From an uncultured Planctomycetota bacterium (GTDB taxonomy: Bacteria > Planctomycetota > Planctomycetia > Pirellulales > Lacipirellulaceae): a DNA stretch of 64,000 nucleotides. Every line of letters begins with the position of its first letter. The stretch's first letter is position 1. Position numbers and translations under genes: made by a program. The stretch covers positions 1,344,001-1,408,000 of the forward strand of contig CAVRBU010000002.1 in assembly GCA_963719315.1 (NCBI GenBank), read 5' to 3'. The notes under the pieces were generated by a model that worked only from the letters and a program-made list of their open reading frames with translations, was not told where the DNA came from and searched no databases. This document shows, one piece after another, positions 10,702-19,773 of this stretch.

Positions 10702-12869
10702 CCAATACGCTGAGCTGGATTAAATCGGGTGGCATCCTCGCGGATGATCTGCTCAATTACACCTACAATGTCACGCTCAAGAGCGGTCCCAGCGCCTTCC
10801 ACGATGCCTTTGGCAATCTCGACGGCGATGGCGACTTCGACGACACTCCGGGCGAAGACTACACCAATTCGTTTGGCGTAACGGCCACCACAGCCCGGGT
10901 TGTCAGCATCCACGACTTTGCTCGGGGCCCAGGCCAGGATGTTGACGATTCGCCGGTTGCCGGCAATGGGTTGGCGGTCAGCATCGACGATGCGACCGAC
11001 GTCCGCTCGCTCAATTTCCACTTCCGCTACGATCCTACCTACCTGGCAATCAATGGCGCCTCGCTGGCCCCGGGCTTGGCGGGCATGGGTTGGACGATCA
11101 CGGTCAACAACCTGACGCCTGGCGACTTGATCATTACGACTTCTAGCCCCGCCAATGAATTGTCGGGCACGGATGTCGATGTTGTGATTATCGACGCGAC
11201 CGTTAAGTCCACCGCCCTCTATGGCGGCGCAGAAATCCTGCGGTTCGAAACCGTAGCGATGGGCATCGAAAGTGGGGTGACGGTCGTGCCAGTCGCGCAC
11301 GTCGAAGACCGCGCTATCCACAAGAACGTTTACTTGGGCGACGCCAGCGGCGATCATCTCTACGATGGATTCGACGTAACTCTCATGTCGCGCGTCGCGG
11401 TTTCGTTCGATACCGGCTTCGCCCACAACGATTGGACCGACCCGCTGGTCGTCGGCGATATCAATCGCGACGGCGTGATCGACAGCATCGATACGGCGAT
11501 TGTCGGCCAGAAGGTCGTATTCCCGGCTAGCACGCCGCAAATCCCGGATGTTGTCGTGCTATCTCCGGTCATCCTCGCCAGTGGCGCCGATCCAACGCTC
11601 TCGATCGGCGACGAAATTCCAGCCGGCATTGGCGGACCTGTCGAAATCCCCGTTCAGATCGCGGTCGATCCAAACATTACGCTGAGTTCGGCCACGTATA
11701 CCGTTGAGTACGATCCCACCAAGCTGGCCTACGTCGGTGTCGCTGGCGCCGGTGTTTTCAGCGGCTGGGGCATCACGGCGGGCGACAGCACCCCGGCCGG
11801 CACGATCACGGTCTTGATGTCGGATGCCGTGGGCCATACGACGGGCGGATCGGTGGAAAACTTGCAGTTAGCCACAATCACCTTCAATGTGTTGGAAACG
11901 TTCACGGGAGGCACAAGTGCTCTCAACGTAGCCCCGGTCAATCCGAACGAAGGTGGTCTCAGTTGGAGTAACCTGCCCGCCGACGATGGCTCGGTCAAGT
12001 TCGCGTTGCTCGGCGACTACAATCAAAACGGCGTCGTCGACGCGGCCGACTACGTTGTTTACCGCAATACACTGGGCACATCGGTGCCGAATTACACGGG
12101 TGCCGATGGCAACGGCGACGGCATCATAAACTCGGCTGATTACACGGTTTGGCGGAATCATTTTGGCATCGCGGCGACGATTGGCCCCGGGGCGGGCACT
12201 GGTTCGCTTGCGAGTGGAGCCATGACTTCCGAATCGTCGTCGCTGCCCCTCGCCGCGGCGTTCATTGCTTCCGCAATAGACACGACACAACTTGTCGAAA
12301 ACCGCGAATCGCTTTCGAGTGCTCCCTCGATCGCGCCGGTCGCGCTCGTCGAGCGTCAGGTGGCGCGCGACGAAGCGATCGTGGGGCTTGTCGAATCCTT
12401 GGACCCGTCCCGGACGTTCACGCGGCTGCCGGGGGCTCGGGTAACCAAGTCCGGCGCCGCGATCGTCGAATCGGCCGATCGAAACTTGAGCGACTTGTTG
12501 TTCGACCTGGCGGAGGATGACAAATCCGGCATTTACCGGTACGACGACGAAGCCCGTGTGCACGATACGCATTTCGATGCGGATCTTGACGCGGTCGATG
12601 AGCTCTTCGCGGAGTTTCAAGGTAATTCGGTCAAGTTGCGCCGGCGTCTAAGAAGTCGCCGAGCGCACTCTGCCCAAGCCAAAATGCCGCTTGATAGCGG
12701 CGGGCCAATTTGGTTCTGTCTCGGGCAACGCGCGCCACCTGGCGGGGGCATTTTTCACCCGCTTCGCGCCCAGGTGTCGCTAATCTCGCCTCAGCCAAAA
12801 TCGGCCTTGAATCTCCGCGCGCACACACCACCGAAGTTTGTTGCCGGCCCGCGACAGCGAAGCGAGTGA
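10683..12869 (+). CDS. C-terminal part of the same giant protein: Ig-like, cohesin-like, dockerin, cohesin-like, dockerin, then an acidic planctomycete-type tail. The true stop is probably TAA at 12649-12651
   Basis: Cohesin-like 'SLNFHFRYDPTYL' and 'VEIPVQI...SATYTVEYDPTKL'. Dockerin EF-hand pairs GDASGDHLYDGFD/GDINRDGVIDSID and GDYNQNGVVDAADY/ADGNGDGIINSADY. Tail 'AVDELFAEF'. This frame is open upstream of the Met (PGGAGPATVVNGS-MAWD). Confidence 0.8.
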   Translation: MAWDALTNTLSWIKSGGILADDLLNYTYNVTLKSGPSAFHDAFGNLDGDGDFDDTPGEDYTNSFGVTATTARVVSIHDFARGPGQDVDDSPVAGNGLAVSIDDATDVRSLNFHFRYDPTYLAINGASLAPGLAGMGWTITVNNLTPGDLIITTSSPANELSGTDVDVVIIDATVKSTALYGGAEILRFETVAMGIESGVTVVPVAHVEDRAIHKNVYLGDASGDHLYDGFDVTLMSRVAVSFDTGFAHNDWTDPLVVGDINRDGVIDSIDTAIVGQKVVFPASTPQIPDVVVLSPVILASGADPTLSIGDEIPAGIGGPVEIPVQIAVDPNITLSSATYTVEYDPTKLAYVGVAGAGVFSGWGITAGDSTPAGTITVLMSDAVGHTTGGSVENLQLATITFNVLETFTGGTSALNVAPVNPNEGGLSWSNLPADDGSVKFALLGDYNQNGVVDAADYVVYRNTLGTSVPNYTGADGNGDGIINSADYTVWRNHFGIAATIGPGAGTGSLASGAMTSESSSLPLAAAFIASAIDTTQLVENRESLSSAPSIAPVALVERQVARDEAIVGLVESLDPSRTFTRLPGARVTKSGAAIVESADRNLSDLLFDLAEDDKSGIYRYDDEARVHDTHFDADLDAVDELFAEFQGNSVKLRRRLRSRRAHSAQAKMPLDSGGPIWFCLGQRAPPGGGIFHPLRAQVSLISPQPKSALNLRAHTPPKFVAGPRQRSE
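12663..12733 (+). terminator. Long imperfect stem-loop just after the probable stop of the giant gene (terminator or 3' stabilising structure)
   Basis: Nested complementary blocks TGCCCAAG/CTCGGGCA, CCAAA/TTTGG and GCCGCT-TGAT-AGCGGC; no immediate U-tract. Confidence 0.35.
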
Positions 12870-13061
12870 GATATTAGCCGATTGCTGAGGATTTATCGCC
12901 AACGGCCAGCAATTGTAGGCATCTCCGCCAGTGGTTGCCGGCTGTCAAGACGATTAGCAAATATGGCCCTTTCGGGCCAATAGCCTGATTCGGTACAATC
13001 TGGCAACCCCGCAACTGTTTCAATCGATTTTCCGCAGCGCCGGTAAGAGGACGGACCGTCA

Positions 13062-14303
13062 GTGGCCGAGTTTTTCGCACAGTATACGTGGCCTTGGCTG
13101 GCATATACGCTGGCCGCGCTGGTCCAAATCTTTCTGATCGTGAATCTAGTGGCCGTCGGCGCCCTCCTCTTTATCTGGATGGAGCGCAAAGTTTCAGGCC
13201 GCATTCAGGACCGGCTTGGCCCGACGCGCGTGGGCGGCCGCTTCGGCTGGCTCCAAACACTTGCCGATGGCCTCAAGCTCCTCACCAAAGAGGATTTGAT
13301 GCCCGACGGTGCGGACCAATTCCTCTTCAAAATCGCTCCTTATGTGAGCTTCTGCGCTTCGCTTTCCGCTTTCATGGCCATACCTTTCGCCGGCGGCGAT
13401 TATCCGTTCGTCGCCCTGCACTTGAATGTCGCCGTGTTTTTCATCCTGGCGGTGATTGGCCTCGAAGTGTTCGGCGTTATCCTCGCCGGCTATTCGTCCG
13501 CGTCCAAATGGTCGCTCTTCGGGGCGATGCGCGAAGCGGCGCAAGTCGTAAGCTACGAGGTGCCGCTCGGCATGTGCGCGGTCGTGCCGGTAATGCTCGC
13601 CGGCTCCATGGATCTCGTCGTCATTGGCGACCGCCAGGCCGGCCCGTTTTGGAATTGGTACATCTTCCACGATCCATTTACGTTCGTGATCTTTTGGGTT
13701 TACTTCACCTGCGCCACAGCTAGCGTAAACCGCGCCCCATTCGACCTTGCCGAGGCCGAAAGCGAGCTCGTGGCCGGCTTCCATACGGAATACTCCGGCC
13801 TGCGCTGGAGCTTTTTCTTCATGGCCGAATACGGTTCGATGCTCGCCGTCAGCCTGTTGGCATCGATCCTTTTCCTCGGCGGGTGGAATGGTCCAATCCC
13901 CGTGGCCCACTTCCTCGGCCTCACATTTGAGCACGGCCATTGGTACGGCATCGCCGGCAACTTACTCGGCACTCTCAACATTCTTACCAAGGGCGTCATA
14001 GGCGTCACCGTCATGATGTGGGTCCGCTGGACGCTTCCGAGACTCCGCATCGACCAGGTGATCACCACATGCTTGAAATACTGCGTGCCGATCGCTGCGG
14101 TCGCGTTTTTAGGGGCCACATTGTGGCAGTATCAGTGGCCACACGGGGCGATCTTCGATACGCAGCAGGCCGCGTATCAGGTCCGCGAACGTTGGGCTGC
14201 GCCGAGCGTCTCAGCCGCGGCCCCAGTGCCTGCTACCAAGAAAACAGCCCGCCTCGAAGTGGCTCCGATCGAGATCGCAACCGGCATCGCCAGGATGGAT
14301 TAA
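13062..14303 (+). CDS. nuoH: NADH-quinone oxidoreductase subunit H
   Basis: Motifs 'ERKVSGRIQDRLGP', 'QTLADGLKLLTKE', 'AQVVSYEVP', 'NRAPFDLAEAESELVAGFHTEYS', 'RWTLPRLRIDQ'. Confidence 0.97.
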   Translation: MAEFFAQYTWPWLAYTLAALVQIFLIVNLVAVGALLFIWMERKVSGRIQDRLGPTRVGGRFGWLQTLADGLKLLTKEDLMPDGADQFLFKIAPYVSFCASLSAFMAIPFAGGDYPFVALHLNVAVFFILAVIGLEVFGVILAGYSSASKWSLFGAMREAAQVVSYEVPLGMCAVVPVMLAGSMDLVVIGDRQAGPFWNWYIFHDPFTFVIFWVYFTCATASVNRAPFDLAEAESELVAGFHTEYSGLRWSFFFMAEYGSMLAVSLLASILFLGGWNGPIPVAHFLGLTFEHGHWYGIAGNLLGTLNILTKGVIGVTVMMWVRWTLPRLRIDQVITTCLKYCVPIAAVAFLGATLWQYQWPHGAIFDTQQAAYQVRERWAAPSVSAAAPVPATKKTARLEVAPIEIATGIARMD

Positions 14304-14309
14304 TTCGCG

Positions 14310-14882
14310 ATGGGTGCCCCGATTTACTGGCCGTCGTTTTTCTTCGTGCTGTTCTCGACGATCGCCTGCGCGTTCGCGGTCGCCGTCGTCGTGACGCCGA
14401 ACATCGTTCGCATGGCCTTTTACCTGGTGCTCTCGCTGGCCGCGACGGCCGGCTTGTTTTTTCTTGCCGGAGCCGATTTCGTCGGGGCCATGCAAATCTT
14501 GATCTACGTGGGTGGAACGCTCGTTTTGTTGGTGTTCGGTGTGATGCTCACATCGCAGGATCGTTTCATCTCGATGAAGACCAGCAAGTTCGAGCTGGGC
14601 ATGGCCGCCGTCGTTGGCACTTGCCTGTTGATTGTGCTCGTCAACGCCGCACGAAGCGTGCCTGAATGGCGCGGCCTGACCGCTGAACAAGTAAGCGCAA
14701 TTCCGCTTGAGCCCACTGCCGCTCCCGTTGGCATGGGATTGCTGGGCGTCCGCGTCGATGCGCCCAATCTCCCTGGTTACTTGCTGATTTTCGAAATCAT
14801 TTCGGTGCACCTGTTGGTGGTGCTGATCGGCGCTGCGTACCTTGCCCGCGCCCGCCGCAAAAGGAGCCTGATCGCCGAATGA
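14310..14882 (+). CDS. nuoJ: NADH-quinone oxidoreductase subunit J
   Basis: 'ADFVGAMQILIYVGG..VLLVFGVML' and 'FEIISVHLLVVLIGAAYLAR'; operon position. Confidence 0.95.
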   Translation: MGAPIYWPSFFFVLFSTIACAFAVAVVVTPNIVRMAFYLVLSLAATAGLFFLAGADFVGAMQILIYVGGTLVLLVFGVMLTSQDRFISMKTSKFELGMAAVVGTCLLIVLVNAARSVPEWRGLTAEQVSAIPLEPTAAPVGMGLLGVRVDAPNLPGYLLIFEIISVHLLVVLIGAAYLARARRKRSLIAE

Positions 14883-15238
14883 CACCGCTCATTTTTGCCA
14901 GTTGGTTGACGGAACCCGTCGGCGTCGCCCATTACCTGGTCGTCGGCGCCGTGCTGTTCGTCTGTGGAGCCCTTTGCATGGCCACGAAGCGAAACGCGCT
15001 CGGCGTGCTGATGGGCATCGAGCTCGTGCTCAATGGCGCGAACCTGAACTTCATTGCCTTCGGGAGCCCGTATCTACGGAAGGCCTCCGAGACGATTGGT
15101 CTGGACGGCCAGCTCATGTCGCTATTCGTCATCGTGCTGGCCGCCGCCGAAGCTGCCGTCGCGCTCGCCATTGCCCTTAATTTTTACAACAGCTTCAACA
15201 CGATCGACGTCGATCGGGCCGACCAATTGCAAGGTTAA
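14879..15238 (+). CDS. nuoK: NADH-quinone oxidoreductase subunit K
   Basis: 'KRNALGVLMGIELVLNGANLNF', 'GQLMSLFVIVLAAAEAAVALA'; ATGA overlap with nuoJ. Confidence 0.96.
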   Translation: MTPLIFASWLTEPVGVAHYLVVGAVLFVCGALCMATKRNALGVLMGIELVLNGANLNFIAFGSPYLRKASETIGLDGQLMSLFVIVLAAAEAAVALAIALNFYNSFNTIDVDRADQLQG

Positions 15239-15250
15239 GCCCCACTCGTT

Positions 15251-17782
15251 ATGCAGATTCTACCGACTTTACTTCTGGTCGCTTGGCTGTTGCCGCTTGC
15301 GTCGTTTGCCGCGATTTGCATCGGCTATTCCGTGCCGCAGTTCTTCGGCATCCGTGTCCGCTACAGCACACAGCAATACGCGGCGTACATTTCCATCGGT
15401 GCAATCGTCACCGGCTTTCTGCTGAGCGCGGTGGCCCTCTTCGGCTGCTGGCTGCCTGCTCATCCGCTAACTGGCGGAAACCATGCAGAAGCCGAACACG
15501 AAAAGGAAGCCACAGCAACGCCTAATTCGCCATTTCACTATGCCGTCATGCAAGCGGAGAGCGAGGCAGGCAAAGTCGCCCACGCTGAAGAACACAACAA
15601 CGGCCCTCCCCCCTATATCACGGGCGATTGGTACACGCTCGCCTCATTTGGCAAGCTCAAGCTCACGATCGGCTATTACATCGATACGCTTACCGTCGTC
15701 ATGTTCACGATGGTGACGCTGATCGCCTCCTGCGTGCACGTTTACGCCTTCGGCTACATGCACGATGAGCTGCACGACTACACCGACCATGAAGTCAAGC
15801 TGGGCGACGGCCACCACCTCCATCGCCGCGGCCGGTTCCATCGCTTCTTTCAATACCTGTCGCTGTTCTCGTTCTCGATGCTCGGCATCGTTATCTCCGG
15901 CAATCTGGCAATGACGTTCGTCTTCTGGGAATTGGTCGGCATTTGCTCCTACTTCCTGATCGGTTTCTACATCGAGCGCCACAGTGCCAGCACCGCCGCC
16001 AACAAGGCGTTTATCGTCAATCGCGTCGGCGACTTCGGCATGCTCATCGGCCTGATGGTCATCTTCACGACGCTCGGTACATTTAACTTCGGCGACATGA
16101 CGTCCGACGATGGCACGAAAGAGCTCGGCGTATTCAGCCAGCTCCACACACCCGAGAACGATTACAAACTCGCTCCAACCGACGGCATGATCGCCTTCGC
16201 TGCCCGCGACCAAATCGCTCAAGTCGTGCGCGATTTGGGTTCCACCGAACCGGCTGCGATGCAAGCGGCCGTGACTGCCGAAGTTGCCCGGCTGCGGGAC
16301 GACAACTCCGCCAGATGGGGCCATTGGCTGTTGTTCATCGCCGGCGTCGGCATTTTCTGCGGCTGCGTTGGCAAAAGCGCGCAATTCCCGCTGCATGTGT
16401 GGCTACCCGACGCGATGGAAGGCCCGACGCCGGTTTCCGCCCTCGTCCATTCGGCGACAATGGTCGCCGCCGGCGTGTTTCTCGTCGGCCGCGTCTATCC
16501 GTTGTTTTCGCCCGAGGCGCTGCTGGTGATCGCCGTCGTAGGCTGCATTACATTGTTCATCGCCGCGACGATTGCCGTCACGCAAAACGACATCAAGCGC
16601 GTGCTCGCCTATTCCACCGTCAGCCAGCTCGGCTTCATGATGCTGGCCCTTGGCCTCGGCGGTTGGGTGGCCGGGTTGTTCCACTTGATCACACACGCGT
16701 TTTTCAAAGGCCTGTTGTTTCTTTGCTCAGGCTCGGTAATTCATGCCGTTCACACGAATGACATGCGGGAAATGGGCGGCCTTCGCAAGAAAATGCCGAT
16801 CACGGCCTACACGATGCTCATCGGCTGCCTCGCAATTGCCGGCGTCGGCGTGCCGTTCCTCGCCGGCTTCAGCGGTTTCCATTCCAAAGACGCGATCGTC
16901 GAACAGGCCATGAGCCATTGGCACCATAATTACGCCGATAAGTTCTCGTGGGCCCTCTTTATCGTTCCCGTAATAGGTGCGGCCCTCACCTCGTTCTATA
17001 TGTTCCGACTGTGGTATATGACGTTCGCCGGCGAGCCGCGCGATCATCATCGCTACGAACACGCCCACGAATCGCCGCGCGTCATGACTGCGCCGCTTTT
17101 GCTGCTGGCCATATTTGCTGTTTGCGCCGGCTGGGGTTTGCCATCGTTCCTTCCCAAAATGTTGGCGAATTTCAGTATTCCAAATTTGCTCGAACAAGCG
17201 CGACCGATTGGTACGCTGGCCTCCAAACCGGGCGTGTTTCTGACCGACTTATTCATACCGGGCGAACACCTCGCCCACGAACCCGAGATGTTCCGATCGA
17301 TCAAACTGCCGGCAGGCCTAGCCGCCATCTCCGCCGCAATTCTCGGCATCTGGTTTGCCACAGTCGTTTACTTGTGGCGAAATGTTAGCGCTGAGAAATT
17401 GGCCAAATCGATGCGGCCGCTCTACGAATTGTCGTGGCACAAATGGTGGTTCGATGAGTTGTACGACTTCCTGTTCGTTCGTCCGACGCATGCTGTCAGT
17501 GAGTTCATCGCTCGCACGCTCGACCACGGTCTGATCGACGGAATTATTCACAGCCTGGCGTGGATCTTTCGAGGCTTCGCCGCACTCGTGTCCGTCATCG
17601 GCGATCGTTGGATCATCGACAACAGCGTCGATACGTTCGCAGAGAAAACCTGGGACCTCGGCCTTTCGCTCCGTTCAATTCAAACGGGCCGGCTGCGGCA
17701 GTATGTGATGTTTATCGTCGTCGCCACGATCGTTTTGTTCGTTGTCGCCGGCCTATGGTGGAAATACGCCGTCGCTGGATAG
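15251..17782 (+). CDS. nuoL: NADH-quinone oxidoreductase subunit L (with His-rich insertions)
   Basis: 'FWELVGICSYFLIGF', 'KAFIVNRVGDFG', 'GKSAQFPLHVWLPDAMEGPTPVSALVHSATMVAAG', 'DIKRVLAYSTVSQLG'. Confidence 0.97.
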   Translation: MQILPTLLLVAWLLPLASFAAICIGYSVPQFFGIRVRYSTQQYAAYISIGAIVTGFLLSAVALFGCWLPAHPLTGGNHAEAEHEKEATATPNSPFHYAVMQAESEAGKVAHAEEHNNGPPPYITGDWYTLASFGKLKLTIGYYIDTLTVVMFTMVTLIASCVHVYAFGYMHDELHDYTDHEVKLGDGHHLHRRGRFHRFFQYLSLFSFSMLGIVISGNLAMTFVFWELVGICSYFLIGFYIERHSASTAANKAFIVNRVGDFGMLIGLMVIFTTLGTFNFGDMTSDDGTKELGVFSQLHTPENDYKLAPTDGMIAFAARDQIAQVVRDLGSTEPAAMQAAVTAEVARLRDDNSARWGHWLLFIAGVGIFCGCVGKSAQFPLHVWLPDAMEGPTPVSALVHSATMVAAGVFLVGRVYPLFSPEALLVIAVVGCITLFIAATIAVTQNDIKRVLAYSTVSQLGFMMLALGLGGWVAGLFHLITHAFFKGLLFLCSGSVIHAVHTNDMREMGGLRKKMPITAYTMLIGCLAIAGVGVPFLAGFSGFHSKDAIVEQAMSHWHHNYADKFSWALFIVPVIGAALTSFYMFRLWYMTFAGEPRDHHRYEHAHESPRVMTAPLLLLAIFAVCAGWGLPSFLPKMLANFSIPNLLEQARPIGTLASKPGVFLTDLFIPGEHLAHEPEMFRSIKLPAGLAAISAAILGIWFATVVYLWRNVSAEKLAKSMRPLYELSWHKWWFDELYDFLFVRPTHAVSEFIARTLDHGLIDGIIHSLAWIFRGFAALVSVIGDRWIIDNSVDTFAEKTWDLGLSLRSIQTGRLRQYVMFIVVATIVLFVVAGLWWKYAVAG

Positions 17783-17834
17783 ACTTCCATATGTTTTGTC
17801 TCGGCACCTGAAACCTGAACCCTGAACTCTTTCA

Positions 17835-19607
17835 ATGTTCGACTTCACCAATCCCGCCGTGTTCCTGACCTGGCTCGTATTCCTACCGGCTATCGTTGCG
17901 CTCGTCATGGCGTTCCTGCCCGTGCGCGACGAAACGCTCAAACAGATCTCGCTGGTCACAACTGCCGTCGTGTTTATCATGACGCTGTTCATGATCTTTG
18001 GCTGGAGTAAAGTCCAGTTTCACGCTGGAGCCGAACACTCTGGCATGCAGAACCTGTTTTCCATCCCGTGGATTCCGTCGTTCCAAATCCATTATCTGAT
18101 GGGCACCGACGGCATCAGTTTCCCGCTCATCGTACTGACCGCCTTTGTCAGCCTGCTTGCCATGGCCGCCAGTTGGCCAATCAAGAAATACGTAAAAGGC
18201 TATTGCATCCTCTTCCTGCTGCTCGAAACCGGCATGCTGGGCGTGTTCTGCGCCCTCGATTTCTTTCTGTTCTATGTGTTTTGGGAAGTCATGCTGCTGC
18301 CGATGTACTTCCTCATCGGCGTCTGGGGCGGCCCGCGGAAGGAGTACGCCGCGATCAAGTTCTTTCTGTACACACTGGTCGGCAGCGTGCTGATGCTGAT
18401 CGCGATTCTGATGCTGTATTTCAATAGCGACCTCCGAGCGTTGCAAAACGCCGTCCCGCAGCAACAGATTCTGGCAACGGGCGTGATTAACCCGACGCTC
18501 GACGACGCTGCTCAGCAGGCCGAATGGCAGAAGATCGTGTCCTTCGAGTCGCCCGTTCACACGTTTAATATCCTGGCCCTTCAACTTATGGGCCAACACA
18601 CCGATTTGTTCAATGCGCCCTCCTGGGGCGGTCACTCCTTACAATGGTGGGCGTTCATCCTGCTCGGCATCGGCTTCGTCATCAAAGTGCCCAGTGTGCC
18701 GCTCCACACTTGGCTGCCTGATGCACACGTCGAAGCGCCGACGCCCATCTCGATGATCCTGGCCGGCGTGCTCCTGAAAATGGGTGGCTACGGTCTGATC
18801 CGCATCTGTTATCCCATCTGCCCAGCGGCCGGATACGACCTCGCGTATGTTGTCTGCTTCATCGGTGTATTAAGCATGGTCTACGGCGCGTTCGCCGCCA
18901 TGGCCCAAACCGATTTCAAGCGGCTCGTCGCCTACAGCTCCGTCAGCCACATGGGTTACGTTGTCCTCGGCCTCGGCGTCTGGAGCGCCGTCGCTGGCAC
19001 TCAATTCAACTCCGACGCCTGGAGAATGGGCATGAACGGCGCCATGTTCCAGATGATCGCCCACGGCATTAGCTCGGCCGGCATGTTCTTCCTGGTCGGC
19101 GTCGTGTACGACCGCGTCCACCACCGCAATCTCAACGAGTTCGGCGGCTTGTTCGCCAAAATGCCCGTTTACAGCGGCATCGCGGTGGGCATCTTCTTCG
19201 CCGGCCTCGGCCTCCCCGGACTATGTGGTTTCATCGGCGAAGTGCTAGTCGTGCTCTCCGTGTGGAATTTTAGCCAGGCGCTGGCCGTCGTCTCGGCGGC
19301 TGTCGTAATTCTCACCGCCGGCTACATCCTGTGGGCGATCCAGCGCGTCTACCTGGGTGCCGAATACAAAGGTCCGCACGGAGAAGCGCTCACGCCTCTC
19401 ACTCTTCGTGAGTTCTCAATCGCCGCGCCGTTACTGGCCCTGGCGATTTTCTTCGGCGTGAACCCAAACGCACTTTTGAAATACATGCAACCGTCCGTCG
19501 ACAAGACGGTCGTCGAGTTAACCGACTGGACCAAGAAACACGCACCCGCTGCCACGCCGAAACCAATAGCCAAGGAATCTGTCCTCAAACCGCAAACAAA
19601 GTCCTAG
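17835..19607 (+). CDS. nuoM: NADH-quinone oxidoreductase subunit M
   Basis: 'DGISFPL', 'FYVFWEVMLLPMYFLIGVWG', 'PLHTWLPDAHVEAPTPISMILAGVLLKMGGYG'. Confidence 0.97.
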   Translation: MFDFTNPAVFLTWLVFLPAIVALVMAFLPVRDETLKQISLVTTAVVFIMTLFMIFGWSKVQFHAGAEHSGMQNLFSIPWIPSFQIHYLMGTDGISFPLIVLTAFVSLLAMAASWPIKKYVKGYCILFLLLETGMLGVFCALDFFLFYVFWEVMLLPMYFLIGVWGGPRKEYAAIKFFLYTLVGSVLMLIAILMLYFNSDLRALQNAVPQQQILATGVINPTLDDAAQQAEWQKIVSFESPVHTFNILALQLMGQHTDLFNAPSWGGHSLQWWAFILLGIGFVIKVPSVPLHTWLPDAHVEAPTPISMILAGVLLKMGGYGLIRICYPICPAAGYDLAYVVCFIGVLSMVYGAFAAMAQTDFKRLVAYSSVSHMGYVVLGLGVWSAVAGTQFNSDAWRMGMNGAMFQMIAHGISSAGMFFLVGVVYDRVHHRNLNEFGGLFAKMPVYSGIAVGIFFAGLGLPGLCGFIGEVLVVLSVWNFSQALAVVSAAVVILTAGYILWAIQRVYLGAEYKGPHGEALTPLTLREFSIAAPLLALAIFFGVNPNALLKYMQPSVDKTVVELTDWTKKHAPAATPKPIAKESVLKPQTKS

Positions 19608-19670
19608 TTATTGCATTTCGCTGCAGTGGACATAGCGTTCACAGATCAGCAGCGAACAACCACTTCATCC

Positions 19671-19710
19671 CAATGCTCAATTTGCATTTTTCAATTTTCA
19701 ATTTGCAATT
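19671..19710. repeat. Heptamer tandem run (TTTCAAT/TTGCAAT) between nuoM and nuoN
   Basis: CAATGCTCAATTTGCATTTTTCAATTTTCAATTTGCAATT, strongly AT-rich against the background. Confidence 0.75.
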
Positions 19711-19773
19711 CAGACTCTCAGTGTTACTTGTGCCCTGCGTGGCAAATACATAATCGAATTTCTGGAAACCCTC

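Noticed and set aside
111..12620. Many 100-450 aa minus-strand and alternate-frame ORFs over the giant gene, and similar ones over nuo, fli and flg genes
   Set aside because: Shadow ORFs expected from high GC and strong codon bias; no motifs, and each overlaps a well-supported gene.
12652..12869. Arg-rich C-terminal extension of ORF 10683..12869
   Set aside because: Composition breaks abruptly after 'DELFAEFQGNSVKL' and the segment covers a stem-loop; better explained by a frameshift before TAA 12649-12651.
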